From positions 37,882,001 through 37,946,000 of the forward strand of contig CM060734.1 of the NCBI GenBank assembly GCA_030704615.1: a DNA stretch of 64,000 nt. The letters run 5' to 3'. Position numbers and translations under genes: made by a program. Position 1 is the first letter of the stretch. Each line of letters opens with the position of its first letter. This DNA is from Takakia lepidozioides (taxonomy: Eukaryota; Plantae; Bryophyta). Under the pieces are notes generated by a model that was not told the origin of the DNA, searched no databases, and saw nothing but the letters and a program-made list of their open reading frames with translations. Of the stretch, positions 51,501-62,719 are shown in pieces.

Positions 51501-54500
51501 GTGAACTTTGCCACCGGGGCAAAAGTTTCATTGTAGTCAAGCCCTGCAGTCTGTGTGAAGCCTCTGGCCACAAGTCTGGCCTTGTACTTCACTATCTCAT
51601 TGTTGGGTCCTCTTTTCACTTTGAAAACCCACTTGCAATCTACCGCCTTTCTACCACCAGGCAGTGTTACCAGCTCCCAAGTCTGGTTTTTTTTCAGAGA
51701 TTTCATCTCCTCTAGTGCAGCTCCCTCCCACTCATTGGCATCATCCCTTGCCAAAGGGTCATTGAGGGTGGCTGGCTCCTCTGCATCATCAAGGGCATGG
51801 AAACAACTTTCCATCTGACCTATGTCATCCATAGTCAGACCAGTCAGTCCTTCTGCCAAATTAGCTCCAAACCTTTCTGGGGGTTTGCTGATCCTTCCTG
51901 ACCTTCTAGGCCCCCCATCCTTGTCAATAGGATCCCGATCTTCAGAATCTTCATCCTCTTCTGGTTTCTTCGCCACCTTCTCCCTTCGAGTGTAAGCCTT
52001 TACTACTGGTTGTTCCCTTTTTTTTTCTCCCACATCAGGGATTATCACAGGAACGGACAGGTCCTTGGGCTTTGTCTCCTTCCCAAAACTATCCTCATCA
52101 AACAGGACATCTCTACTCCTGATTGACCTCTTGGTTCTAGGATTGTAGACCTTGTACCCCTTGCATCCCAGATCATACCCAATGAAGATACATCTTTCTG
52201 ACTTGGCATCCAACTTGCTCCTTTGCTCGTCAGGTATCAATGCATAAGCAGCACAACCAAAAACTCTTAGATGCTTCAGGTTTGGCTTCTTCCCACTCCA
52301 CGCCTCCTCTGGAGTCATGTCTTTCAAAGCTCGCGTGGGACTCAAATTTTTCAGATAGGTGGCAGTGCTGATCGCCTCTCCCCAAAACTCTGGTCCAAGG
52401 CCTGAGGTCTGTAGCATACATCTAGCCTTCTCAACCAGTGTTCTGTTTAATCTCTCTGCCACTCCATTCTGGGCTGGACTGTCCCTCGCTGTTACTTGGC
52501 TCTTTATGCCTTTCTCAGCAAGATAGTTTTTGAATTCCTGATTTAGGAATTCCCCCCCACCATCGCTCCTCAGAACCTTGACTTTGAGGTCCAGCTGGTT
52601 TTCTACTTCATGCACAAATTGCTTAAAGACCTGCAGCACTTGACCTTTCTCTCTCAAGGGATATAAGAAAGTCTTTCTACTCATGTCATCAGTGAAGGTG
52701 ACAAAGTACCTAGATCCTCCCAGCGATGTTGTCTTCATGGGGCCACACACATCTGTGTGTATCAACTCCAGCCTCTCCTTGGCTCTTGTGGCAGATTCCT
52801 TGGGCATTGATGACTTGTGCTGTTTCCCTTTAGCATCACAGAACTGTAGCTCATGTGACCAGTCCACATTCAGTCCCAACGCCAACTTTTGAAGATCCTT
52901 GATCGCTTGTGTCCCCAAGTGACCCAACCTTCTATGCCACAATGGTGCAGTGTCCATTGTGTCCCCAACATTGGCCTCCTCCTGAGTTCCAGATGTACTC
53001 AAAAGCTTGTAGAGTCTCTGCTCCTTCACTCCATCGCAGAGTTCCTCGTTGCCCATCTGGATGCTGCAAGCATTGTTTCTGAAAATGACATCATACCCAG
53101 GCTCATCCAAGGTACTAACAGAGATCAGATTCTTTGCCAAGTCTGGCACATATAGGACTTTCTGAAGGGTACAACGGGTAACCTTACTCTCTTTTCTGAT
53201 AAAGTTGACAGGGATTTCTCCCATCATCGTACTTACAGAAAACGTCTTGTTGCCCATCTTTACGCTCCTAGGCTGAATGGGTTTCAAGTTGTGAAACAAC
53301 TCCTTCCTCCCACACATGTGGTTAGTAGCTCCAGAGTCCAAATACCACTCATCTCCACAGTGTTCTCCTTCAGTAGTCAGCAGGTAGTCATTATCACGAC
53401 TGTAAGCCGCATCTGCCATAAACAGGTGAACTTCACTGTCGTTGCCCATGTCAGCGACATGTGCATGTACAGACTTCCCTTTCCTTGGTCTCCACTTGTC
53501 CTTCTTGGACTTGTCAATCTTCACCTTGCAGTCCTTCTGGAAATGCCCAAATTTGCCGCAACGGAAACATGCTCCATCTTTCTTGATGGAAGTAGCCGTC
53601 AGGGCATTGTCCATACTTGAGCTACCCCTAGTCAGCTTGCTTTCTTCCATGATGAGTTGTGAAGTGACATACTTCCAACTCAGTCTACTCTTACCATGAG
53701 TAGCCAATGCGGTTTCCACCATGTCATAACTCTTTGGCAAGGTGCCAAACAAGGTCATGATCTGAAGTGATTCAGTCATGGGTTCTCCCGCATCAATTAT
53801 CTCCAGACACATGGCTTTAACAGTGGCAATGTGAATGGCTACACTCTCACCTTCTCTCATTCTCAAGTCCATGAGCTGTTTCCATAGGACATATGCTTTC
53901 CCCATCGCATCTGCCTCATACACCTCACTTAAGGTCTGCCAGACCTCATGAGCAGTTGTAAGATTCCTTACCCAAACTACCAGCTTTGATCTCATGTTTG
54001 TGACCAAAGCTGCCATTGCAAGCTCATTCTTTTGGATCCATCCCTCCTCCTTCAGGAGAGCAGGAGCTGCATCGTGTAGATCCAACTCTTATAGTTGTTG
54101 CCATCCAGTGGCTCAACTGTCCAAGTTTGTGGGCCCATAACCTGTTGGAAACTAGACCTGTCCTCTACCTCCTAGAGATATTGACAAATAGCTTCTAGCA
54201 CAAGCAGCAGTACAAAAACTGACAGCCTAAACCAACCAAAGAGTTAGTACTAACAAGAAGTGTCAGTCCTAACAAGAATGCTCCTTACTGCAAAAAGAAA
54301 AACTTACAAAAGTAGATGTTGGACTTCTCCTCCTCCTCTCTCTGCAATCTACTAGGATAGCACATCCAAAATGCTAGAAGGAGTGCTGGGCATTGCCTCA
54401 GCCTTTCCCTTAAATCCTACATGAGTTCTCTAGAAACTTCTGGTGGCTGGAACCTTCTGGTAGAACTATCCCTAGCCGTCAAAAAACCCTAACAGAACCC

Positions 54501-56966
54501 TAGCTAACTAAATCTGAGCTGACTTCTAACACACATGACCTAGACAAAAGTGCACTACCTGGCATGCTGCAAGATTGGCTCGAATCTCTGCAATGACTTG
54601 TGAATTTTGCTCCAGCAATTGGCCTGTTGTGCCTCCTATCGCTGCACCATCCCCAATCTCCTAGTCAACCACTCAGTTCTCTCTCTCTCTCTCTCGCACA
54701 CAGAGGCTGAGCCAGAAGCCCACGCCCTTTTGGGATCAAGTTATTGGGCAAATCACACACAGCAGCTAGATGCTTGTGTGAGGGATTTCTAGAGGATATC
54801 TGGAAAACTCAGATCAACTGTCTGTCCCAAGGTAAGTCATACTACCAGCGTCAGCCCCTGACAAAGGTAGTTTCTGTCCCTTTGTTGTCTGCTCAAACTG
54901 GGCGCGGGGTCAACGTCTTATGAGTACATTCTCTCACACACAGAAGCTGCTCATCTGTGACAGGCATATGGTTAAGTGATGATAAATGCGTGGAATCTTA
55001 CCTTCAGAAGGAGCTCAAAGTTGAGCAAGGATTTAGGCCTCGTTTTCAGGTGTTTGCTTGTTAATTATGAGTACTTGCACCCTAAGCTTCTGGGCTCCCT
55101 TTGGATGTTACAACATTCCATTTTATTTCTTCTCCTTTTGACACCTTTGGTTTTCTCTTGTGGTTCTACTATGTCCAATAGGACCTCTCAGTCTCAATTT
55201 CTCTCTCTTCTGTGACACACACACAGACACGCACTCATGACAAAGCTCCACTTCTATCGAGAGACATTCTTGGTGCTCCGCGATGATAGAATCTTGAGAC
55301 CAAATTACCTTTCAGCACCCTTATCTCCTTCCCTCTTGAGGGCATTGGGGCGGTTCAGGGTGGGTTCCCACAACCTACGGATAGAGACTGGCAGATGGAA
55401 AAACCTGCATCGGGAGGACCGCCTATGTCCAGCTTGCATAGGGCGCAGCAAGGAAATTGAAACTGAAGAACACTTCTTCTTCTACTGCCCTCTATACTAC
55501 GAGATCCGTGGGAGATTCCACTGTTTATTCAGTGGAACCCAAACTCTCACTGATGTCTTTCACTATGAGGATCAAAAATGCTTGGCAGCCTACCTACACG
55601 AGGCCTTCACCCTTAGACAATCGCTAGAACATTAATTGTGGTTTCTGGATTTGTTCCTCTCTCATGTTTTCTTCCATTTTGTCCCATAAGCTCTACGAGC
55701 TTTCCGCGGACGTTATAAAGCACCATTTCATTTCATTTCATTTCTCTCCCAAGTGTGCTGGCAGATTCAAGAAGTGGCGGTTCAATGCTTTCCGAAACCT
55801 CAACACTACCCCATCCCTCTCCCAGAACCTTGGTCTGTGCACAGTTACACATAGCCCTTCTACAGGAGCCTTATCCTCTTCTAAACAATGTGAATATGCA
55901 ATCAAATGGACTTTGCCACAGGCCCAAAGACTGGCTTCGACAGCTTCTAAGCCACTGACCATGATTCTTGAGGAGTTTCACCATGACCCTGAAGGGGAAA
56001 TAGCAGATAGTAGTGAGGGAAATGTCTATACCGTCATTGGAGATGCCGTCGTCATCATCGATGGGGGGTGGAGGGGGAGTGTACATGGGCATCCCCGATC
56101 TGGCCACTGCCGGTGCCACTTGCTTTGATAAAGCTTCTGCTTTTTCCTGAAAAGTCACAAATCCAAATTCAACTTCCAATTTCATGCCCACTCATTTCCT
56201 GGGTGGTAGACTCTCAAGTTGAACGGAATACTAGAGACAAGATACAGTTCTTTATAGCCAGCAACGCACAACACTGCATTTGCTGTGGCACAGATACTCA
56301 TGTTGATCTTGAATGAGCTGGCACATGAGCTTTCCAGCAATTTCAGGGTGGTTCAGTTCCTTCTCAAACAAAGGAAGGCACCTGGAGGGATTAAGGCTTC
56401 AGATCTCTCTCAAATATTCCGCCCAAACTGGGCGCAGGGTCTATGGCCACAAGGTGACGGCAAACAACGTCTCTTGAGTACATTCGCTTTATCTCTCCCC
56501 GGAGTGAGCCCCTCACAAAAGTAGTGTCTGTTCCTTCTTGTTCCACCCAAATTGGGCACAGGGTCTATGGCCACAAGGCTACGGAAATAACATCTTATGA
56601 GTACATTCTCAGAGGAAGCTGAAAAGTATTGAGTTAGCATCTCACACCCTCTTGTCTTTAGATTTCTTGGTCCCATTTTGCTCATCTGCTTTTTGCTTTC
56701 TCCCGTTCTCCTTCTTCTGTATGCCAGAATCCAGTATCCCTGCACAGTTAGCGTCAATACTCCCATGCTCCATCCACCCATCCATCTGTGCCTCTATCCA
56801 CCTGATCCAACCTAACAGAACAAGGTGCTTGTCATCAGTCCATGAGGAAGAATGGAGGCTTACAGACATCCAGTGACATCGCAAGGCAACATCGCGCACA
56901 GTCTTATCTGGCAACAGGGCAGCAACTCGGATGTACTTCACGATGCTGCTTGTCTCACTCAAATAT
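48506..56966 (-). CDS. DUF3755 / DRIF-type MYB-like protein, 3' six exons (56864-56966, 56648-56716, 56032-56146, 54559-54641, 49062-49123, 48506-48623); 5' end not found in window
   Basis: [24 protein letters not shown]; [23 protein letters not shown]; [16 protein letters not shown]; [25 protein letters not shown]. Splice phases are consistent. Confidence 0.88.
49862..51064 (-). pseudogene. Copia RT-RNase H, separated from the rest by the TRIM and frameshifted
   Basis: [35 protein letters not shown]. Confidence 0.9.
51070..51435 (+). mobile_element. TRIM (mini LTR element) with tRNA-derived LTRs (Helenus-like)
   Basis: 145-bp LTRs 51070-51214 and 51291-51435 (1 difference). PBS TGGTATCAGAGCCA, PPT GAGGGGGAG, TSD TTCAC. 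tRNA-like cloverleaf at 51122-51193 and 51343-51414. Confidence 0.95.
51452..54085 (-). CDS. Copia gag-pol (gag, zinc knuckle, protease, integrase, start of RT)
   Basis: [45 protein letters not shown]. Confidence 0.9.
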   Translation of the reverse strand: MDLHDAAPALLKEEGWIQKNELAMAALVTNMRSKLVVWVRNLTTAHEVWQTLSEVYEADAMGKAYVLWKQLMDLRMREGESVAIHIATVKAMCLEIIDAGEPMTESLQIMTLFGTLPKSYDMVETALATHGKSRLSWKYVTSQLIMEESKLTRGSSSMDNALTATSIKKDGACFRCGKFGHFQKDCKVKIDKSKKDKWRPRKGKSVHAHVADMGNDSEVHLFMADAAYSRDNDYLLTTEGEHCGDEWYLDSGATNHMCGRKELFHNLKPIQPRSVKMGNKTFSVSTMMGEIPVNFIRKESKVTRCTLQKVLYVPDLAKNLISVSTLDEPGYDVIFRNNACSIQMGNEELCDGVKEQRLYKLLSTSGTQEEANVGDTMDTAPLWHRRLGHLGTQAIKDLQKLALGLNVDWSHELQFCDAKGKQHKSSMPKESATRAKERLELIHTDVCGPMKTTSLGGSRYFVTFTDDMSRKTFLYPLREKGQVLQVFKQFVHEVENQLDLKVKVLRSDGGGEFLNQEFKNYLAEKGIKSQVTARDSPAQNGVAERLNRTLVEKARCMLQTSGLGPEFWGEAISTATYLKNLSPTRALKDMTPEEAWSGKKPNLKHLRVFGCAAYALIPDEQRSKLDAKSERCIFIGYDLGCKGYKVYNPRTKRSIRSRDVLFDEDSFGKETKPKDLSVPVIIPDVGEKKREQPVVKAYTRREKVAKKPEEDEDSEDRDPIDKDGGPRRSGRISKPPERFGANLAEGLTGLTMDDIGQMESCFHALDDAEEPATLNDPLARDDANEWEGAALEEMKSLKKNQTWELVTLPGGRKAVDCKWVFKVKRGPNNEIVKYKARLVARGFTQTAGLDYNETFAPVAKFTSIRCLLALAAKHDWR
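54703..54935 (+). mobile_element. 3' fragment of the (TC)n-tailed LINE
   Basis: Matches about 62459-62712; lies next to a (CT)n run. Confidence 0.85.
55237..55742 (+). mobile_element. 5'-truncated LINE (RTEX-like C-terminus) with (TTTCA)n tail
   Basis: [35 protein letters not shown]; tail CATTTCATTTCATTTCA. Confidence 0.8.
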
Positions 56967-57507
56967 CTGTAACCAACTCACATTCAAGCCACTTTCCAAT
57001 GAAACAAGCACACACACACACAGTCTATCTCTCTCTCTCTCTCTCAATGGCCACAAGGCTACGGCAAACAACGTCTTATGAGTACAATCTCTCTCTCTCT
57101 CTCCCCCTAAAAACCAACGTCTTATGAGTACATTCTCTCCCTAAAAACCTTTGGCTGGTTATCCCTTTCTTTATGGATTGTCCTAGGGAAAGTTAGGGAG
57201 GGAGTAAATGACTTACCAGACCTTAATATCCAGGAGTGATATACAATTGTTTTGGAAGCTATGGTATCCATAATATCCCAGCAAAAAGGATGACATATGC
57301 AGGTCTATTTAATATGGTGTGTTTAAATCTGAAAACAGTTATACACTGTGAATGGTACATTAAATAGGGTTAGTACTAACCCTACTGTAAAACACTCTTA
57401 ATGATGGCGAAGGTTGAGTTTAGCCATGCACTGTAGTCTGTTCCCTTTTGTTCAGCCCAAACTGGGAGCGTGGTCTGTGGCCACCAGGCTACGGCAAAAA
57501 GAGTCTT

Positions 57508-57541
<34 letters not shown>
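56420..57541 (+). mobile_element. Cluster of short 3' stubs of the (TC)n-tailed LINE (about 56420, 56525, 57046, 57115, 57435)
   Basis: Repeated GGCCACAAGGCTACGGCAAACAACGTCTTATGAGTACA-(TC)n. Confidence 0.8.
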
Positions 57542-57542
<1 letters not shown>

Positions 57543-57545
<3 letters not shown>

Positions 57546-58079
57546 ACATGGGGGAGGACATCTTGGATGACCTCAAGGGTCTACCCACTCTCGGCACTAG
57601 ACTGAAATTTAAACTCAGGGCAGGAAGCCTACCTTTGAACAGCAAACAGAAGCAGAGAGGAAAGGGAGAGTGCAATTGCCCGTTGTGTGGGCAATCTGAA
57701 GACAGTATTCATTTTCTGATACACTGTCCGGGGTTCTCTCACCAAAGAGACGCTCTCTTCAAATCTATTAAGGGAATTGTGCCTGTACCCCTGTTTACCA
57801 ACTTTGAAAGTCTCGAGGCTGAGCCAAAAGCCCAGGCCCTCCTGAGGCCTAGTTTTTGGGCAAATCACACACAGCAGATTGATGCTTGTGTGAAGGGATT
57901 TCTAGAGGATATCTGGAAAACCCGGATTAATTCTTTATATGGAGGTAAGTCTTACTACCAACGTCAGCCCCTGACAGAGGTAGGTTCTGTCCCTTTTGTT
58001 CCCGCTCAAACTGGGCGCGGGGTCAATGGCCACAAGGCTACGGCAAACAACGTCTTATGAGTACAATCTCTCTCTCTCT
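57543..58079 (+). mobile_element. 5'-truncated copy of the (TC)n-tailed LINE
   Basis: Near-identical to about 62187-62718; flanked by (CT)n on both sides. Confidence 0.92.
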
Positions 58080-58080
58080 T

Positions 58081-61000
58081 AAAGCAGACCCCTACCGCTT
58101 GGGGGCAGCCCCTCCGCCCAAATTGGGGAGTCGTATGCTCTGTCTAGCATACTCGGCACTTGGGCTCGGGTTGGTTCCTGTGCTTAAACTTATAGCCTGC
58201 GACTACAATCAAAATTTTAGCTCCTATCAACATCAACACTCCTCAGGGTGATTCCTGGGAATTGGTTACTTATGCCAAATCTAGGGCTTCATGTGTAGTT
58301 TTTGGGGTGAATCCCAGGATGGACGATGTGTCCTTTAAAACTACATGCTCTAGCTTAGGCTTGGATTTCATGGCTAATGGTTCCATCTCGAGACTTGATA
58401 ACAGGGGTACGTTGAAGGTTGCAATGACCAAAAGTGCTTCTAATAGAGTCCCACATCAATTCAATCTCAAAGAAGTTCGTCCCTTGACTGGCTGGAGAGC
58501 GGTCTTAGACATTGGCGATTCAATGGGGCGCTCTAGGAAGACAACCAAGGGCAAGGACTTCAACTTGAGAGTTTCCAATCGGTTTGATGCTCTGGATGAG
58601 GTTGAGTCCAAACAGCCAGAAGGACAAAATGCCCCTAAGTGTACAGAACCTGAACGTCCTGAATCTGAAGGATTTGGTACTCTGAATGGTTTACCAATCC
58701 TCAAGGTTTACACAAGACGAACAAATTCTATACACGGGGTAATTGTCCCCAAGCCGTCAGATGGACAATCTGTCCCTAAGTGTGCAGAGCCCGAACGTCG
58801 TGTAACTGAAGGATTTGGTACTCTAAATGGTTTACCAATCCTCAAAGTCTACACAAGACGAGCAAAATCTATACACGGGGTAATTGTCCCCAAGCAGTCT
58901 GACGGACAATCTGTCCCTATGTGTGCGGAGCCTGTGCGTCGTGTAACTGAAGGATTTGGTACCCTGAATGGTTTACCAATTCTCAAAGTTTACACAAGAC
59001 GAGCAAAATCTACACATGGGGTAACTGTCCCCCCTTTGCAGAACGGTTGGCCGTCCAGGAGCAATCACAAGCTACCTAGACGACAAACAATTCACATGCA
59101 AAGGGCTGGCTTGCGGCTGGCCACTTTCAACTTCTCAGGGTTGACCAACCAAAGGAAACAACTCGAAGTGGGACAAGTTCTTCGGACTAATGATATTCAT
59201 ATCTGTGCTGGGAATGAAACATGGGAAACGTCGGATAAACTGGTTGGAGATGTCAATGGTTATAAATGGGCAGGTAAGATGTGTACTCTCAAGGCAGCCT
59301 CTGCCAAATGCGGTCAAAAAGGGGTTGGATTCTTTGTCCGTGATTTCTTGTTTGACAATTGTGAAATTATCAACAAGGGTTTGAGGTACGAGCATAGTAT
59401 CTGGCTAAAACTGAATCTGAAGGGCAGCATGAGTACGAAGGACCTCTTTGTGGGTTGTGTTTACATGCCCACAGAGGGGACCCTTAGTGCTGACGCAGAC
59501 AAAGCCTTCGAAGATGTAAAGCTGGACTGTGCTTTGTTCCTTGCCAAAGGTCAGGTGGTGCTATTGGGTGACTTCAATGCCCGGGTGGGCAAAGGGCTCC
59601 ATCAGGACGATATCATTGGGCCTTTTGGTGAGGACGAGCTGAATTCTAATGGCAGACGGTTAATTAACTGTCTGGAAGAGCTTCAGCTTTTGACCTTGAA
59701 TAACAGGACAAGAGGTGACCAAGTGCAGTGGACTCGTGAGAAATCCCAAACTGGGGAACGTTCCATTGTGGACTATATCATAATGGACAAAAATTTGTTC
59801 CCCCAGTGTGCCAATGTGTTGATCGACAGAACTGATATTGGTACCTCTGACCACTTTCTGGTTTGGACTGAGATCAAAAGGTGTTTTCCCAACACCAAGA
59901 GATCTGTGAAACGTTCGATTCGGAAGTGGCGCATTGAAAAATTCCATAATGAGGAGGTCAAGGCTGAGTACGTCCAGGCCTTGCAAGAGGCTCTCCCTCA
60001 TTTTGTCCAATCGCTCCAAGAACTTCAGTCTCGCTCTGACAATGCAAGAAATGAAGTCGAAAGAGCAGTGGACTCTTGGGAGAGTTTCGTTTCCTCCGTG
60101 GCTGACAAGATCATTGGGAGGAAACTAATTGTCTGCAGTAGAGCTGTTAATTGGTGGACCAATGAGATTAAACTCAAGATAGCTGAGAGACAAGCCCTCT
60201 ATAAAGAGTGCTGCAATTTGAAAACCAACGGAGAATTGTGGCCGAGGTACTACCAGCTCCGTAAAGATATCAATCAGCTTGTTAGGTCTCAGAAGAATTT
60301 ATACTGGGACAAGTTATACAGTGAAATAAACTCAAACCACCATGGTGGTAATGACAAGAAATTCTGGTTGGCCCTTTAACGTTTGTACGAGCCGAAAAAC
60401 GGTCAGCAAATACAAGCGCTGAAGACTACTAAAGGTGCAGTGGTCACTTCATCGGTTGACATTGTCAAAACCTTTGAAACTCACTACAGTATCCTTGGCA
60501 GAACTTCTAGGTCTAACAGTGAGGGGTCTTCTGCTGAATGGAGGGACACAGTTGGAAAAACTGTTCCTATGATTCAAAACAGCCCTGATGAACTGGAGTA
60601 TATTTCAATGGCTTATAACGCTCCCATTAGTTCTTCTGAGATTGTGGAAGCAATTGAACATTTAAATGGATATAAAGCTGGTGGACCTGATGGTATTGTC
60701 AACGAGCTTATCAAGCACGGTGGCGATCCCATGATAGAGGCCCTAGTTCTCCTCTTTAACCTTATCTGGAAGACTGAAATGATCCCCATTATATGGCGAC
60801 AGGGGGTCATTGTCAATCTATACAAGAAGGGTGACAGAGAAGAACCGGGGAACTACCGTGGCATCACGCTCCTCAATGCTGTTGGCAAGACATTCTGCAG
60901 AGTTATAAGTACTCGTCTCGAGGTTGATCTGGAGTCTAGAGGTTGTTTCCACGAAGGCCAAGCTGGCTTTCGGCAAAACAGGGGCTGTGTGGATCATATC

Positions 61001-62718
61001 TTCACTCTAAGCCAGATTATCCAGAGAAGGAAAAAAGAAGGGAAACCCACTTATGTTTTTTTCCTGGATGTCAAAAAGGCTTATGACACAGTGTGGAGAG
61101 ATGGCCTATGGTTCCACCTCTGGTCTTGTGGGATCAAGGGAAAGATGTGGAGAGTTGTCCACAACTTGTATGCTCACACCAAAAGCTGTGTCACTGTTAA
61201 CGGACAGAAATCCAACTTCTTTGACATAGACCAAGGTGTAGCTCAAGGATGTACTCTCTCCCCTCTGCTCTTTGATGTTTTCATCAATCAACTCCTCGAG
61301 GATGGGGAAAGTGAGGGATTTGGGTTAAGGGTGGGTGATACCACCATACCAGCCCTTATGTTTGCGGATGACTTTGCAGGCATAGGGGAGACTCCAACCA
61401 ATCTCCAGGAGTTGATTGATTGCGCGAAGAGATACTTTGATCTTGGGGGGTTAGAGGCTAATGTCAGCAAATGTGCAGTGGTAGCATTCAACGACAGAGG
61501 AGAGGGAGGAAGTGATCTTAAGTGGCAGTGGGGTAGCCAAGAGATCCCGGTCCTCCCTTCCTACACTTACCTGGGCGTTGAGTTTTCCTCCAATTGTAAT
61601 TGGGATGCACATATCCGGAAAGTTGTTCAAACTGGCAAGGGCAAAGCTCTGGGGCTCACTAAATTTTTCCACTGCAGAGGGGTCAACTCTGAGGTTAAGA
61701 AAACCATGCTTTGTCGCGTTATTAGACCTGCCTTGGGGTACGGATCTGCAATTTGGGTTGATAACTCCAACCAGGCTAAGTCTCTAGAATCCATTCAAGT
61801 GGGGGTGCTTAAGGAGTGTATGTCAGCATGCTCCAAAACAGCCAATGTGGCTGTTCGGGGTGAGTTTGGAATTCCGTCCTTAAGCTCCCGACGAGATGAA
61901 TTCAAGGTCAGATGGTGGGGTCAGCTGCAACATATGCCCAACACCAGATATCCTAAGTTAATCGACTCTATATCTTGGAAACAGGACCGCCCTGTCAAAC
62001 AGGCTAAGTCCTGGCAGAAGAGAGTAGAAGAGATTCTCAAGGACCTGGACCTGGAGCCGCAAGTCTTGACCCTGCTGGATAAATCTGACTTAGAGGCTGT
62101 AGTGTCCAAAGCCATGTCTGTTGCCATGAGATTGTCTGATGAAAATGAAGTTAGGCAGAAAACTTCCCTGAACTTGTTTCCAGTCAGTGACATGGGGGAG
62201 GACATCTTGGATGACCTCAAGGGTCTACCCACTCTCAGCACTAGACTAAAATTTAAACTCAGGGCAGGAAGCCTACCTTTGAACAGCAAACAGAAGCAGA
62301 GAGGAAAAGGAGAGTGCAGTTGCCCATTGTGTGGGCAATCTGAAGACAGTATTCATTTTCTGATACACTGTCCGGGGTTCTCTCACCAAAGAGACACTCT
62401 CTTCAAATCTATCAAGGGAATTGTGCCTGTACCCCTGTTTACCAACTTTGAAAGTCTCGAGGCTGAGCCAAAAGCCCAGGCCCTCCTGAGGCCTAGTTTT
62501 TGGGCAAATCACACACAGCAGATTGATGCTTGTGTGAAGGGATTTCTAGAGGATATCTGGAAAACCCGGATTAATTCTATATATGAAGGTAAGTCTTACT
62601 ACCAACGTCAGCCCCTGACAGAGGTAGGTTCTGTCCCTTTTGTTCCCGCTCAAACTGGGCGCGGGGTCAATGGCCACAAGGCTACGGCAAACAACGTCTT
62701 ATGAGTACAATCTCTCTC
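58081..62718 (+). mobile_element. Near full-length non-LTR retrotransposon (APE-RT-zinc finger, RTE/RTEX-like)
   Basis: Single reading frame 58262-62704 broken by one TAA at 60377 (CAA in the neighbouring copy). LGDFNARVG, SDHFLVW, QAGFR, GVAQGCTLSP, MFADDF, CPLC..HFLIHCP. (TC)n tail. Confidence 0.93.
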
Positions 62719-62719
62719 T

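Larger units (their letters stand above)
49466..54531 (-). mobile_element. Full-length Copia in a DUF3755 intron; LTRs 49466-49854 and 54143-54531
   Basis: TSD CACAT (49461-49465 / 54532-54536). About 4 differences between the 389-bp LTRs. PBS GGTTATGGGCCCA. gag-PR-INT-RT-RH ORFs. Confidence 0.97.

Noticed and set aside
58081-58175. HDV-like ribozyme at the LINE 5' end
   Set aside because: Several stems are present, but I could not fit the P3/L3/P1.1 core by eye; a covariance-model search is needed.
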